Notes under the pieces: generated by a model | The model's input: only the letters and a program-made list of their open reading frames with translations | Told to the model about the DNA's origin: nothing | The model's database searches: none | Program-made: the position numbers and the translations under genes | Origin: Candidatus Poribacteria bacterium | GTDB lineage: Bacteria; Poribacteria; WGA-4E; WGA-3G | Reading direction: 5' to 3' | Assembly: GCA_963665235.2 (NCBI GenBank) | Contig: CAXXLX010000001.1 | Coordinates: forward strand, 2,880,001-2,944,000 | DNA: 64,000 bases | Shown: piece by piece, positions 40,272 through 50,631 of the stretch | Layout: each line of letters starts with the position of its first letter | Numbering within the stretch: position 1 is the first letter of the stretch

Positions 40272-41726
40272 ATGGTATCCAAAATTCCTGGACCCCTTAG
40301 GGAACGTCTCCAAGAAATCGGTGAGGTAGGGGGGGATGCAACCTATCTCGTCGGTGGATTCGTTCGGGACCTGCTGCTCGGGCGGCCGAGTCTTGACATT
40401 GATATTGTCATAGAGGGGGATGCAATTGAGGTGGCAGAAGCGATACAGCAGCGTTGGGGAGGCGTGTTGCATGTGCATCCCCAGTTCGGCACAGCCACTG
40501 TTACGCCAGACAGTCCGGCATATCCGAAGGTTGACTTCGTCACAGCGCGTCGTGAAACTTATCAACGCCCCGGAACGTTACCTACAGTGGAAGCGGGAAC
40601 TATTGCAGACGATTTGCAGCGACGCGATTTTTCCATTAACGCCCTAGCGATGCGGTTAGAGCCCAATGTTTTTGGAACCGTTGTTGATAAGACAGATGGG
40701 CTTGCGGACCTTGAGGCGGGGGTCATTCGGGTGCTCCACGAACGGAGTTTTTTAGATGACCCAACCCGGATTTTTCGGGCATTCAGGTACGCTGGACGTT
40801 ACCGGTTTCAGCTTGCCCCAGATGATGTTGCTCATATAGGGAACGCACTGCCAGTATTAGCACAGCTCAGCGGCGAACGGATACGAAACGAAATTGACCG
40901 GGTGCTCCTAGAGGAAAATGCACCACAGATTGTGCAACACCTGACACAATTCGGCATATTTGAGACCATCTCTGTAGGTTGGCAGATAGACACCACGTTT
41001 ACGCACGAATTTCGAACGGCTCAACAAGCACTCACTTGGGCATCGCAGCACCTCGCGGATGAACCGTTTCAACCGAATCTTGTGCGATGGATGGCACTCT
41101 TCGGCAAAACCGTGCCGACATATCAAATTGAGGCAGTCAGCTTTAGACTCGTATTGGAACACCAGTTACAGAAGTTGGTAAGTCGTTCCCAAGCTTTGCA
41201 ACGCGGGATTTCACTGGATAAGGTAACGCAATCCGCTTTTGAAACACTCGGATTTCCGTTATCACAGAACGTCTCAGTTGCATATCAGAACGGAAAGTGG
41301 TACGGTGTGGATTCGGAAAATGGGGCGACTTACGTGTGTGGCGATGGGAATCTCTATCGGGTGCAAACACCGTTGACAGCATATCGGGAGTTAGAACAAG
41401 CTTTTGCTTCCATAAAACCGGAAACGAAACCGAGCCAGATTTATCAGCTGCTAAAACCTTATCCGCTTGAACCGTTAGTGCTCACATACTTAGATGCAAC
41501 TATACCAGTGTGGCAGCGCGAAAAAATAGGGGATTACCTATTCCATCTTCGTAAGATTCAACCCCTCATCACGGGAGAGGATTTGATAACGTTAGGCGAA
41601 AAGCCGGGGAAAACCTTTGAAACACGTCTTCGAGCACTCTTTGCTGCACAGTTAGATGGAAAAATAACAACAAAATCGGAAGCAATGTGTCGCGTGCGGG
41701 AAACCAAAGGCGGGACGATAAAATAG
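40272..41726 (+). CDS. Class II tRNA nucleotidyltransferase (CCA- or A-adding; specificity unresolved)
   Basis: GGFVRD..DIDI, RRDFSINA, DDPTRIFR, SGERI. Confidence 0.85.
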   Translation: MVSKIPGPLRERLQEIGEVGGDATYLVGGFVRDLLLGRPSLDIDIVIEGDAIEVAEAIQQRWGGVLHVHPQFGTATVTPDSPAYPKVDFVTARRETYQRPGTLPTVEAGTIADDLQRRDFSINALAMRLEPNVFGTVVDKTDGLADLEAGVIRVLHERSFLDDPTRIFRAFRYAGRYRFQLAPDDVAHIGNALPVLAQLSGERIRNEIDRVLLEENAPQIVQHLTQFGIFETISVGWQIDTTFTHEFRTAQQALTWASQHLADEPFQPNLVRWMALFGKTVPTYQIEAVSFRLVLEHQLQKLVSRSQALQRGISLDKVTQSAFETLGFPLSQNVSVAYQNGKWYGVDSENGATYVCGDGNLYRVQTPLTAYRELEQAFASIKPETKPSQIYQLLKPYPLEPLVLTYLDATIPVWQREKIGDYLFHLRKIQPLITGEDLITLGEKPGKTFETRLRALFAAQLDGKITTKSEAMCRVRETKGGTIK

Positions 41727-41745
41727 GATGGAATTCAGATAAAAC

Positions 41746-42435
41746 ATGTTTACGCCAGACCGAGTCTACGAAGCAATCCTTCGCGTTACGCAGTTCATCA
41801 TTCTCCTAACCTTTCATGAGTGGGCACATGCCAAATCGGCTAATATGCTAGGTGATTCGACGGCACGCGACGAAGGGCGTATGTCCCTCAATCCAGCTGT
41901 GCATATTGATGTTGTCGGGACGTTGTTTTTACCGTTAATTGGCACATTTTTTGGCGGTGCATTCTTCGGTTGGGCGAAACCGGTGCCAGTGAATCCGTAC
42001 AATCTCAAAAATCCGAGAAGGGATATAATGTTGATTGCAGGGGCGGGCCCGTTCATGAATATCGTTCTCACCTTTGTGATTCTTGCGGGGCTTAGAATAC
42101 TAGAACTAGAGGTTTTTTTCAAATTTGATGCCTCCGAGTCTGCAACGCATCTCATAATTAAGAAGGAGATAATTTTCACTGCATTCATTAGCGTTATTTT
42201 GGCAGCGTTTAACATGCTTCCACTTTTCCCATTAGATGGATTTAGTGTTGTAAACGGGTTGCTCCCGGAGAGTGCGGCACGTCAATTTTCTAAACTTGCG
42301 CCGTATGGCATGCCGATTCTAATCGGTCTGATTTTTCTACCTGGCCTCCTGCGATTACCGAACCCGCTTCGGTTGTTGTCGGAGCTCAGCTGGGATATAC
42401 TCAACCTGATTGGGGGAATCGTTGGTGTGCGATGA
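41746..42435 (+). CDS. Site-2 (M50) membrane metalloprotease
   Basis: HEWAH, GWAKPVP, AGP, FNMLPLFPLDG. Confidence 0.9.
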   Translation: MFTPDRVYEAILRVTQFIILLTFHEWAHAKSANMLGDSTARDEGRMSLNPAVHIDVVGTLFLPLIGTFFGGAFFGWAKPVPVNPYNLKNPRRDIMLIAGAGPFMNIVLTFVILAGLRILELEVFFKFDASESATHLIIKKEIIFTAFISVILAAFNMLPLFPLDGFSVVNGLLPESAARQFSKLAPYGMPILIGLIFLPGLLRLPNPLRLLSELSWDILNLIGGIVGVR

Positions 42436-42454
42436 AGAGGAGAAAATTCCGAAT

Positions 42455-43219
42455 ATGGTAGCCGAAACAATTGCGCCGTTTCCAGATATAGCCTCCATTT
42501 ATTCTGTCAAACTTGATGGTTTCGAGGGACCGCTGGACCTGCTGCTCCATCTCATTCAGAAAGAGGAGATGGATATCCATAATATTCAACTAGCGGAGAT
42601 TACCGACCGGTACCTGGAATATGTCAATTTAATGGAGCAGCTAGATTTAGATGTGGCTGCCGAGTTTTTAGTGATGGCGGCAACGCTTCTTCATATCAAA
42701 TCGCAGAGCATGCTCCCGCAGTTTACCGCTGATTCCGAGCAGTCCGCTGGTGACCAAGAGAAATTGGTTCAACAACTTTTGGAGTATAAACAGTTCAAAG
42801 AGGTTGCACAGGTTTTGGACATCTACGCGGAACGGCAAACCTCGGTATATAGCAGAAGTGCAGCACTGCATGCGGAGATGGATGGCACTCGTGAGTTTGA
42901 AATTAAAGCCACGCTCTTTGACCTACTCACCGCTTTTAGAAATGTTAACGAACGGCTTGAAGCAACGGAACCCGAAGATATTTATGAAACAGGCGAAGAG
43001 GAAACCGTTACCGTTGAAGATAAAATTGCCCTGATTGAAAGCTATCTTGCCAATATGGACCAATTGCTTTTTGATGACCTGTTCCCCTTATCTGAAAGCA
43101 GGATAGATTGGATTGTAACATTCCTTGCTATTTTGGAGCTTATTCGGATAGGAAAAATTGTCACTGTCCAAACGGGGCATTTTGAGAGTATCTATATTGT
43201 CAAAAAATCGCAGGAGTGA
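42455..43219 (+). CDS. scpA: Segregation and condensation protein A
   Basis: FEGPLDLLLHLI, FLVMAATLLHIKS, TFLAILEL. Confidence 0.95.
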   Translation: MVAETIAPFPDIASIYSVKLDGFEGPLDLLLHLIQKEEMDIHNIQLAEITDRYLEYVNLMEQLDLDVAAEFLVMAATLLHIKSQSMLPQFTADSEQSAGDQEKLVQQLLEYKQFKEVAQVLDIYAERQTSVYSRSAALHAEMDGTREFEIKATLFDLLTAFRNVNERLEATEPEDIYETGEEETVTVEDKIALIESYLANMDQLLFDDLFPLSESRIDWIVTFLAILELIRIGKIVTVQTGHFESIYIVKKSQE

Positions 43220-43235
43220 AAATAGGAATTTTGTT

Positions 43236-43862
43236 ATGGATATAGAACATGTTACCGTTGAACATCCGCCAAACGAACCGGATGATGGGGTGTTTGAACA
43301 GAAACCTAAATCGATTTTAGAGGCGATTCTGTTTGCTGCAAGTGAACCGATTTCCATGAAGCAGTTTCAGCACGCGCTTCCGGGGATAGGCGTGCGTCAG
43401 ATTCGGAAAGGATTGGCTGAACTTCGGGAAGAATATCAGCAGACAAACCGAAGTTTTCAGCTCGTTGAAATTGCAAACGGGTATCAACTCTGTACCTGTC
43501 CCGAATATTCGGAGTGGATACGAAAATTTTACACCCGGCAGGTGCGCGTCACTCTGTCCCCATCCGCGTTAGAAACGCTTGCCATTGTTGCCTACAAACA
43601 GCCCGTCACGCGGGCGGATGTGGCAGCGATTCGCGGCGTGAACAGCGATAGCGTCCTTAATTCCCTTGTGGAAAAAGGACTCGTTTGTATCGCGGGTAGA
43701 AAAGAGGGCGCGGGCCGTTCCTTGCTGTTCGCCACTACCGATGCGTTTCTGCAACAATTCGGGTTGAAGGATTCAACGGAATTACCCTCACTTGAAGAAA
43801 TTGAGCAACTCCTTACCACATCAGACGGTATGGAGCTCCCCAATCCCGTTCAGGAAGAATAA
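43236..43862 (+). CDS. scpB: Segregation and condensation protein B
   Basis: LEAILFAASEP, LETLAIVAYKQPVTR..IRGV, FGL..LP. Confidence 0.95.
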   Translation: MDIEHVTVEHPPNEPDDGVFEQKPKSILEAILFAASEPISMKQFQHALPGIGVRQIRKGLAELREEYQQTNRSFQLVEIANGYQLCTCPEYSEWIRKFYTRQVRVTLSPSALETLAIVAYKQPVTRADVAAIRGVNSDSVLNSLVEKGLVCIAGRKEGAGRSLLFATTDAFLQQFGLKDSTELPSLEEIEQLLTTSDGMELPNPVQEE

Positions 43863-43866
43863 AATC

Positions 43867-45195
43867 ATGAACTACAACGCACAGTTCCAGTGTAGTGAAG
43901 GATGCGAGGAAACCTACCCGCTCACCGAAATCATATACAGATGCCGCAAGTGTAACGGGTTGTTACAGGTCCAGCATGACATTGCCGCCCTAAAAACGTG
44001 CAGCGCGGAACACTGGAAATCTCTCTTTGAAAAACGGTACATGCGAACCCAATACCCCTACGGAAGTGGGGTTTGGGGAAAAAAGGAGCTGGTCTGTCCC
44101 AACATTGAGGACGATAACGTCATCTCTATGTATGAGGGTGGCACAAACCTGTTCTGGGCAGAACGATTTGGCGCGCAACTCGGTCTTTCAGACCTGTGGA
44201 TTAAGCAGTGTGGCAATAGTCATACCGGCTCCTTCAAAGACCTCGGTATGACCGTGCTTGTCTCTATGGTGAACCAGATTATTGCCGAAGGCGGAGATAT
44301 TCGCGCTGTTATGTGCGCCTCCACTGGCGACACGTCAGCCTCTTTAGCTGCTTACGCCTCCGCAGCGGGAATTCCCGCTATCATTCTTTTACCGAAGGCG
44401 AAGGTTACACGTGAACAACTCATTCAACCGATTGCTAACGGCGCACTGACGCTTTCACTTCAAACAGATTTTGATGGATGCATGAAAATCGTCCAAAAAC
44501 TCTCCGCTCGCAAAGATTTCTACCTTGCCAATTCCATCAATTCCATCCGAATTGAGGGACAAAAAACGATTAGCGTTGAGATAGTCCAGCAGTTCGATTG
44601 GGAGGTGCCAGATTGGATTATTATTCCGGGGGGCAACCTCGGTAATGTATCCGCGCTCGGGCTCGGGTTCTTAATGATGCAGGAGCTCGGTATCATAGAC
44701 AAATTACCGCGGATTGCTTGTGCACAAGCCGAACGGGCAAATCCACTCTATCGAAGTTATCAAACCGGGTTCACGGAATTTCGCGCAATTACCGCACAAG
44801 CCACCCAGGCGACAGCCATTCAGATTGGGAATCCTGTCTCAATTCATCGGGCTATCCGCACCTTGCAGCGGTTTGATGGTATTGTGGACCAGGCTACCGA
44901 AGCGGAATTGGCGGATGCTGCTGCGCGGGCAGATAGAACCGGACTGTTTAATTGTCCGCATACCGGGGTCGCCTTGGCTGTCCTGATAAAGATGGTTGAA
45001 CGGAAACAGATTCGTCCGGAGGATAGGGTTATCGTTATTTCCACAGCGAACGGGCTCAAATTCCCGGATTTCAAGGTTGGGTACCACAACGTTTTGCCTG
45101 ATAAGCCGCCGCCGCGTTATCTAAACGAGCCGATTGAATTAGAGGCGGATTATGAGGGTGTGCTGAAACAGGTTGATGCACATCTTGATGCCTGA
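43867..45195 (+). CDS. thrC: Threonine synthase (PLP)
   Basis: HTGSFKDLG, CASTGDTS, PGGNLGN, CPHTG, STANGLKF. Confidence 0.9.
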   Translation: MNYNAQFQCSEGCEETYPLTEIIYRCRKCNGLLQVQHDIAALKTCSAEHWKSLFEKRYMRTQYPYGSGVWGKKELVCPNIEDDNVISMYEGGTNLFWAERFGAQLGLSDLWIKQCGNSHTGSFKDLGMTVLVSMVNQIIAEGGDIRAVMCASTGDTSASLAAYASAAGIPAIILLPKAKVTREQLIQPIANGALTLSLQTDFDGCMKIVQKLSARKDFYLANSINSIRIEGQKTISVEIVQQFDWEVPDWIIIPGGNLGNVSALGLGFLMMQELGIIDKLPRIACAQAERANPLYRSYQTGFTEFRAITAQATQATAIQIGNPVSIHRAIRTLQRFDGIVDQATEAELADAAARADRTGLFNCPHTGVALAVLIKMVERKQIRPEDRVIVISTANGLKFPDFKVGYHNVLPDKPPPRYLNEPIELEADYEGVLKQVDAHLDA

Positions 45196-45501
45196 AAATT
45201 TTAATTGGCATAAGGCAATTGGCCAGGACTTACGCAAATTTAACACATAATATTGTAGGCGAGGTCCCCTCGCCCGCTAGGTTTCCCTCTAGAATTATGG
45301 AAGAACACCCGTGAGCGCACTGCCCCCAAATTTGCCCGCATGTGACCCGAAATCGCGCAACTTTCCAAAAGCTTGGAAACAATCCTATTTCCGTAGAAAC
45401 TACGACAGTTGTCGTGGGGGGTATATTTGTCCGGATTGCGACAAGGTTTTCTCAGGACCGGCAGGTTTTGCGAAACTTGAAGCTGACCACGTTATACCAT
45501 A

Positions 45502-46903
45502 ACCTAAGTTGCCACATAGTAGCATAATCTTCATGAAGATTAAGAAATTAATTCGGTAATTTCTGTTTTTATGTTATCCTATTGTCCCAGGAGGTATTGT
45601 CTTATGTCAAAACGCCATGAACTTGAACTCAGTAAAGATGAACGCCAAAGACTGATTGAACTCCGCGATACAGGGGAACCCGCTTATCTTCGGGAACGTG
45701 CGGCTGCCCTGCTAAAGATAGCCGCGGGAACTTCTCCACACAAAGTCGCCCTCAAAGGGCTGCTAAAGAAGCGAGATCCGGACACTGTTTATCCAATTCG
45801 GCCTGGCTTCGCCGATACCAAGAAGAGGGCATTCAAGGATTGTTTCATAGACCGGGCCGTGGCCGCAAACCCGCGTTCGCCCCCAAATCCCCCGAAGAAG
45901 CAGAAACCGAGGCGTTGACGGCTATAGGACAAGACCCGGGACAAGTCAAGGCACATCAAACGCGCTGGACGCTTCGCACGGTTGGCGAGGTTGTGCCGTG
46001 GCTTGCTAATATCTCTGTGCCGGGTATCCATCAAATCTTCTCACGCCTGGGCATCAGCTATAAGCGTGCTAGACTGTATTTGCAGAGTCCGGATACAGAC
46101 TATGCCAAGAAAATCGAACGGATACAGCAAGTTTTAGAAGAGACCCATCAAAACCCACAGAACACGGCTGTGCTTTATCAAGATGAGTTCTCATTTTACC
46201 GAAACCCCACTATAGCAAAAGACTGGGCACAGACAGGGACAAAAACGCCATTAGCCCATCAGAGTTATCAATCGGATAAAACTATTTATGGTATCGGTGC
46301 TATGAACCCCCATACAGGAGACGTTGTTTATCAGCAAGTGCCAAGCTGCACAGTTGTAGCCCTCCATACATTTTATACCGAGATTTGCCAACGCTATCCC
46401 GACAAGCAACGGATTTATCTTATCCAAGATAATCGGGCGATACATTTTCACGCCAATTTGATGGAGGCACTGCTGCCGCAATCGGTCTCCTTTGTGAAAC
46501 CGACCCCGCCGAATTGGACCGGAAAACTTTCCGAGAAAATCGGTGAACTGACAAAACTCCCGATTGAAATAGTGCAGCTGCCGACTTATGCGCCGTGGAC
46601 AAATCCGATTGAGAAGTTATGGCGATGGGTGCGGCAATCGGTTCTGCATATCCATCGCCTCTGCGATGAGTGGGAGACCCTCAAAGACAAGGTGCTTGAC
46701 TTTATGACACAGTTTAGAGGCGGCTCACAAGCATTGCTACGCTATGTCGGATTATTACCGAATTAATAAATTAATCTTCATCCAGATTGTGCATATTTGT
46801 GTGCGAATTGGAAGTGAACTGGACAAATATTAGCTAATTATCAGCATATTTTCATTAAAGACGGTGTTTCCAGGTCTAAAAACTTATAAGTAGCAACTTG
46901 GGT
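45502..46903. mobile_element. Nested insertion: outer MITE-like ends enclosing an IS630 element (~45522-46792)
   Basis: Outer IR ACC(T/C)AAGTTGC flanked by a TACCATA duplication; inner IR GCA(T/C)AATCT..ATGAAGATTAA. Confidence 0.75.
45604..46766 (+). pseudogene. IS630-family transposase, frameshifted
   Basis: HTH N-terminus, GRGRKP, YQDE, IQDN, LPTYAPWTNPIEKLW; removing 8 nt at 45793-45800 restores DTVYAWLRRY. Confidence 0.85.
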
Positions 46904-47030
46904 TACCATACTCGCGAGGCGGCTTAACCGTGTGGGAAAACCTCACCTTGCGGTGCAAACCTTGTAATGTCACAAAGAGTGACAAGATGTAGTCCTTTTG
47001 TATCATCACATCATCGCATCATTTAACAAT

Positions 47031-47060
47031 TTGCAATAAATATGCAAAATATGGTATAAT
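47031..47060 (+). promoter_or_regulatory. Sigma70-like promoter of xylA
   Basis: TTGCAA-N18-TATAAT with extended TG. Confidence 0.55.
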
Positions 47061-47115
47061 TTAAATATTCAATTCATAAACTTCGCCGAACTTAACAAAC
47101 GATAGGAGTCAATGC

Positions 47116-48285
47116 ATGTCAGAACAGTATCAGCCTAAGCCTGAACATAAGTTTACCTTTGGATTGTGGACCGTAGGCAACCCCGGCCGTGACCCATTCG
47201 GGGATGTTGTCAGACCCCCCTTGAAACCTACCGATAGCGTCCAGAAACTCAGCGAGCTGGGGGCGTACGGTGTCAATTTGCACGATAACGACCTTGTTCC
47301 GTTTGATGCTTCAGCCTCAAAACGTGATAAAATTGTCAAAGAATTCAAGAAAGCACTAGACGACTACAACATGAAAGTGCCGATGGCGACAACCAATCTT
47401 TTCTATCATCCGATTTTTAAAGATGGCGCGTTTACCTCAAATGACCCGAAGGTACGGGCATTTGCAATACAGAAAACCCTTAACGCTATTGACCTCGGCG
47501 TTGAATTAGGGGCGACCGTTTACGTCTTCTGGGGCGGACGCGAAGGCGCGGAGGTCGACGCTGCGAAAAATGGGCCGGATACCATTAAGTGGAACCGCGA
47601 GGCGATGAACTATTTCACACACTATGTGAAAGACCAAGGATATGACCTCCGATTTGCACTGGAAGCAAAGCCGAATGAACCGCGCGGGGACATCTACCTG
47701 CCAACAACTGGACACATGCTCCACTTTATTGAGACGCTTGACCACTCCGAAATGGTCGGAGTTAACCCCGAATTCGCACACGAAACGATGGCAGGATTGA
47801 GCTTCATTCACGGTGTCGCACAAGCGTATGAGGCGGGAAAACTTTTCCATATCGACCTGAATGATCAAAAGATGAGCCGATTCGATCAGGATTTACGGTT
47901 CGGTTCTGAAAATATCAAGGCGGCGTTCTTCCTCGTCAAATTCCTTGAGGATGTCAACTGGGACGGTTCACGTCATTTCGACGCGCACGCTTATCGAACC
48001 GAAGATGAGGAAGGCGTATGGGATTTTGCCGCAGGGTGCATGCGTAGTTATCTAATTCTCAAAGAGAAGGCACGCCGGTTTAACGAAGACGCGGAAATTC
48101 AGGAAATCCTCGCTCAACTCCACGCGCGCGACGAGGAGCTTGAAGAGCTCATGGCAACTTACGATGCCAAAAAGGCCCGAAAGTTGCGAAAAATAGATTT
48201 CAAGCCGGATATCCTAGCAGCGAAAGGACTCGGCTACGAAAAACTCGACCAGCTCACCTTTGAAATCCTGATGGGGGTTAGGTAA
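47116..48285 (+). CDS. xylA: Xylose isomerase (class I)
   Basis: [44 protein letters not shown]. Confidence 0.95.
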   Translation: MSEQYQPKPEHKFTFGLWTVGNPGRDPFGDVVRPPLKPTDSVQKLSELGAYGVNLHDNDLVPFDASASKRDKIVKEFKKALDDYNMKVPMATTNLFYHPIFKDGAFTSNDPKVRAFAIQKTLNAIDLGVELGATVYVFWGGREGAEVDAAKNGPDTIKWNREAMNYFTHYVKDQGYDLRFALEAKPNEPRGDIYLPTTGHMLHFIETLDHSEMVGVNPEFAHETMAGLSFIHGVAQAYEAGKLFHIDLNDQKMSRFDQDLRFGSENIKAAFFLVKFLEDVNWDGSRHFDAHAYRTEDEEGVWDFAAGCMRSYLILKEKARRFNEDAEIQEILAQLHARDEELEELMATYDAKKARKLRKIDFKPDILAAKGLGYEKLDQLTFEILMGVR

Positions 48286-48344
48286 GGCTGCTATAAACGT
48301 CCCACCCTTACGTGGCTCTTTCTATTACGGGGGGAGTATTGCTT

Positions 48345-50258
48345 ATGACTACACTCATTATTGCGGTTTTGAGTTTTTTCGGTTTCATCGTTGCCTACCA
48401 TACTTACGGGAAATGGTTAGCACAAAAAATCTTCGGGTTAGACTCTGAAGCAACTGTGCCGAGCCGAGAGCTACAAGATGATATGGATTATGTCCCGACT
48501 AAAAAGGAGGTCATCTTTGGGCATCACTTCACAAGTATTGCGGGTACGGGGCCTATCGTTGGGCCTGCCATCGCTGTCTTTTGGGGATGGTTGCCTGCTT
48601 TGCTATGGGTGATTCTGGGCTCTATCTTTATCGGTGCGGTGCACGATTTCGGTGCGCTCGTCGTCTCGCTGCGCAATCGTGGCCAAAGCATCGGCGAAGT
48701 TGCTGGGAGAATGATTGGGGCGCGTGCCAAATTTCTCTTCCTTTTCGTCCTCTTTATGGGATTAACGATTGTCCTCGCCATCTTTGGACTGGTCATTGCC
48801 CTGATTTTCTCCTACTACCCGGAATCTGTGCTATCGGTGTGGGTGGAAATTCCGCTTGCAGTAATCATAGGCGTTTGGATTTATCGCAGAGGTGGCAATA
48901 TTCTCATTCCTTCCATCGTTGCGCTCGGCATTATGTACATTGCCATGGCAGTTGGGGCATATATTCTCCCCATTGATTTGGGACAATGGTTTAGTATTCC
49001 GTTGCTTGGTCAAACCTACACAAGCGTTGTGGTAATTTGGACGTTAGTGCTTTTTGTCTACTGCTTTATCGCCTCTGTCCTTCCGGTTTGGACACTGCTG
49101 CAACCGCGCGATTTTATCAACAGCCATGAGCTCGTCTTAGCACTGCTTTTATTGGTTATCGGTCTTGCCATTGCAGGGTTCACAGGACAGGCGGATTTGA
49201 CAGCCGCCGCGCCAGCGATTGCTTCAGATATCCCCCCGGACGCACCACCGATTTGGCCCTTCCTCTTTATTACGATAGCGTGTGGAGCAGTTAGCGGATT
49301 CCACTGCCTGGTTAGTTCTGGCACGTCTAGCAAGCAGGTTGCCTCCGAGGGCGATGCACAATACGTTGGATACGGTGCAATGCTGCTTGAGGGGGGACTT
49401 GCCGTTGTGGTTATTCTCGCCTGCTGTGCAGGAATTGGGATGGGCATTTTCAACCGGACTGTTGACACTACCAGCCCGGCGGGGTATGCATTCCAACCTA
49501 TCCTCAAGGGAGATACCACACAACCTGTTATTAATAGGGATGCATGGCGAACTCGTTATGCTACTGAAAAAACGGTAACGAGTGCTGATGGCACGACAAA
49601 GGCAGTCGGTGGATGGGCAAGCCACAACCTCAAAGCGAAGGTGAGTGCGTTCGTTGATGGTGGTGGAAATTTCCTTGCATCCCTCGGTATTCCGCTTAAA
49701 ATGGGCATTGCGATTATGGCGGTGCTCGTTGCAAGTTTCGCAGCTACAACGCTAGACACGGCTACGCGGCTCCAACGGTATGTTATTCACGAGCTTGCAC
49801 AAACGGTCAACTTCAAACCTTTGACGAACCGTTATATAGCAACCGCGTTCGCACTATTTCTTGCCGCGGCTGTTGCCTTGCTGCAGGGACCGAGTGGCCC
49901 CGGTAGTGGCGGCATGACGCTCTGGCCGCTTTTCGGTGCAACGAATCAACTGCTGGCGGGACTTGCCTTCATGGTTATCGTCTTCTATCTCCTGCGGCGC
50001 AACAAACCTATCTGGTTCGCGTTCCTACCGATGGTAGTTATGTTAATCATGCCGGGCTGGGCGATGTTACATCAAATGTTCGCCCCTGGTACCGGTTGGT
50101 TATTTACAGGCAAATATCTGCTGTTCGGATTTGGCGTTGTCGTCGAATTGCTGCAGGTCTGGATGATAGCTGAAGGTGTTATCGCCTGGCGCAATGCAAG
50201 AGGGAATTACCCTGAACTTCCGCCTTTGCAGACTCTCGCCGCTGAAGGTGAGGCGTAA
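48345..50258 (+). CDS. cstA: Carbon starvation protein A family transporter
   Basis: FGHHFTSIAGTGPIVGP, TIACGAVSGFH, TTLDTATR, WPLFGATNQLLA. Confidence 0.92.
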   Translation: MTTLIIAVLSFFGFIVAYHTYGKWLAQKIFGLDSEATVPSRELQDDMDYVPTKKEVIFGHHFTSIAGTGPIVGPAIAVFWGWLPALLWVILGSIFIGAVHDFGALVVSLRNRGQSIGEVAGRMIGARAKFLFLFVLFMGLTIVLAIFGLVIALIFSYYPESVLSVWVEIPLAVIIGVWIYRRGGNILIPSIVALGIMYIAMAVGAYILPIDLGQWFSIPLLGQTYTSVVVIWTLVLFVYCFIASVLPVWTLLQPRDFINSHELVLALLLLVIGLAIAGFTGQADLTAAAPAIASDIPPDAPPIWPFLFITIACGAVSGFHCLVSSGTSSKQVASEGDAQYVGYGAMLLEGGLAVVVILACCAGIGMGIFNRTVDTTSPAGYAFQPILKGDTTQPVINRDAWRTRYATEKTVTSADGTTKAVGGWASHNLKAKVSAFVDGGGNFLASLGIPLKMGIAIMAVLVASFAATTLDTATRLQRYVIHELAQTVNFKPLTNRYIATAFALFLAAAVALLQGPSGPGSGGMTLWPLFGATNQLLAGLAFMVIVFYLLRRNKPIWFAFLPMVVMLIMPGWAMLHQMFAPGTGWLFTGKYLLFGFGVVVELLQVWMIAEGVIAWRNARGNYPELPPLQTLAAEGEA

Positions 50259-50631
50259 TATCCTGTGAGTCGACAGGACGTTGTCTGAATCGCGGATTAT
50301 CACAGATTTTAGAATGTGTAGCATCCGTGTGAAACCCCGCTCCTCAATGATTTAATCAGAGTGCGCCTGCGAACATAGTAGGGGCGAGATCCCCTCGTCC
50401 TGTAAACACGGTTTCAAATCGGGCGGGGGGACCCCGCCCCTACGCACTGCACCTCCTAACAATACAGAAGCAGGACAATTAAACCGGCATAATGTCTATT
50501 GTGCTCGGAAACCTTCCGCCTGCCCTGTGAAACCTCTGAAAATACAGAATTATGCAACCGTTTTTCCCCTAACTAGCGTCATTTTAATTAGATAGAGTCG
50601 TTATCAAACTACTGTTTTTTGGAGGCACTCG

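Larger units (their letters stand above)
45311..46992 (+). pseudogene. Small HNH endonuclease gene interrupted by a nested insertion
   Basis: 5' part ...CPDC...LEADHVIP (to 45501) and 3' part YSRGGLTVWENLTLRCKPCNVTKSDKM* (46911-46992) rejoin in frame. Confidence 0.85.

Noticed and set aside
45781-45845. Programmed ribosomal frameshift in the IS630 transposase
   Set aside because: No slippery run at the junction; an 8-nt insertion explains the break
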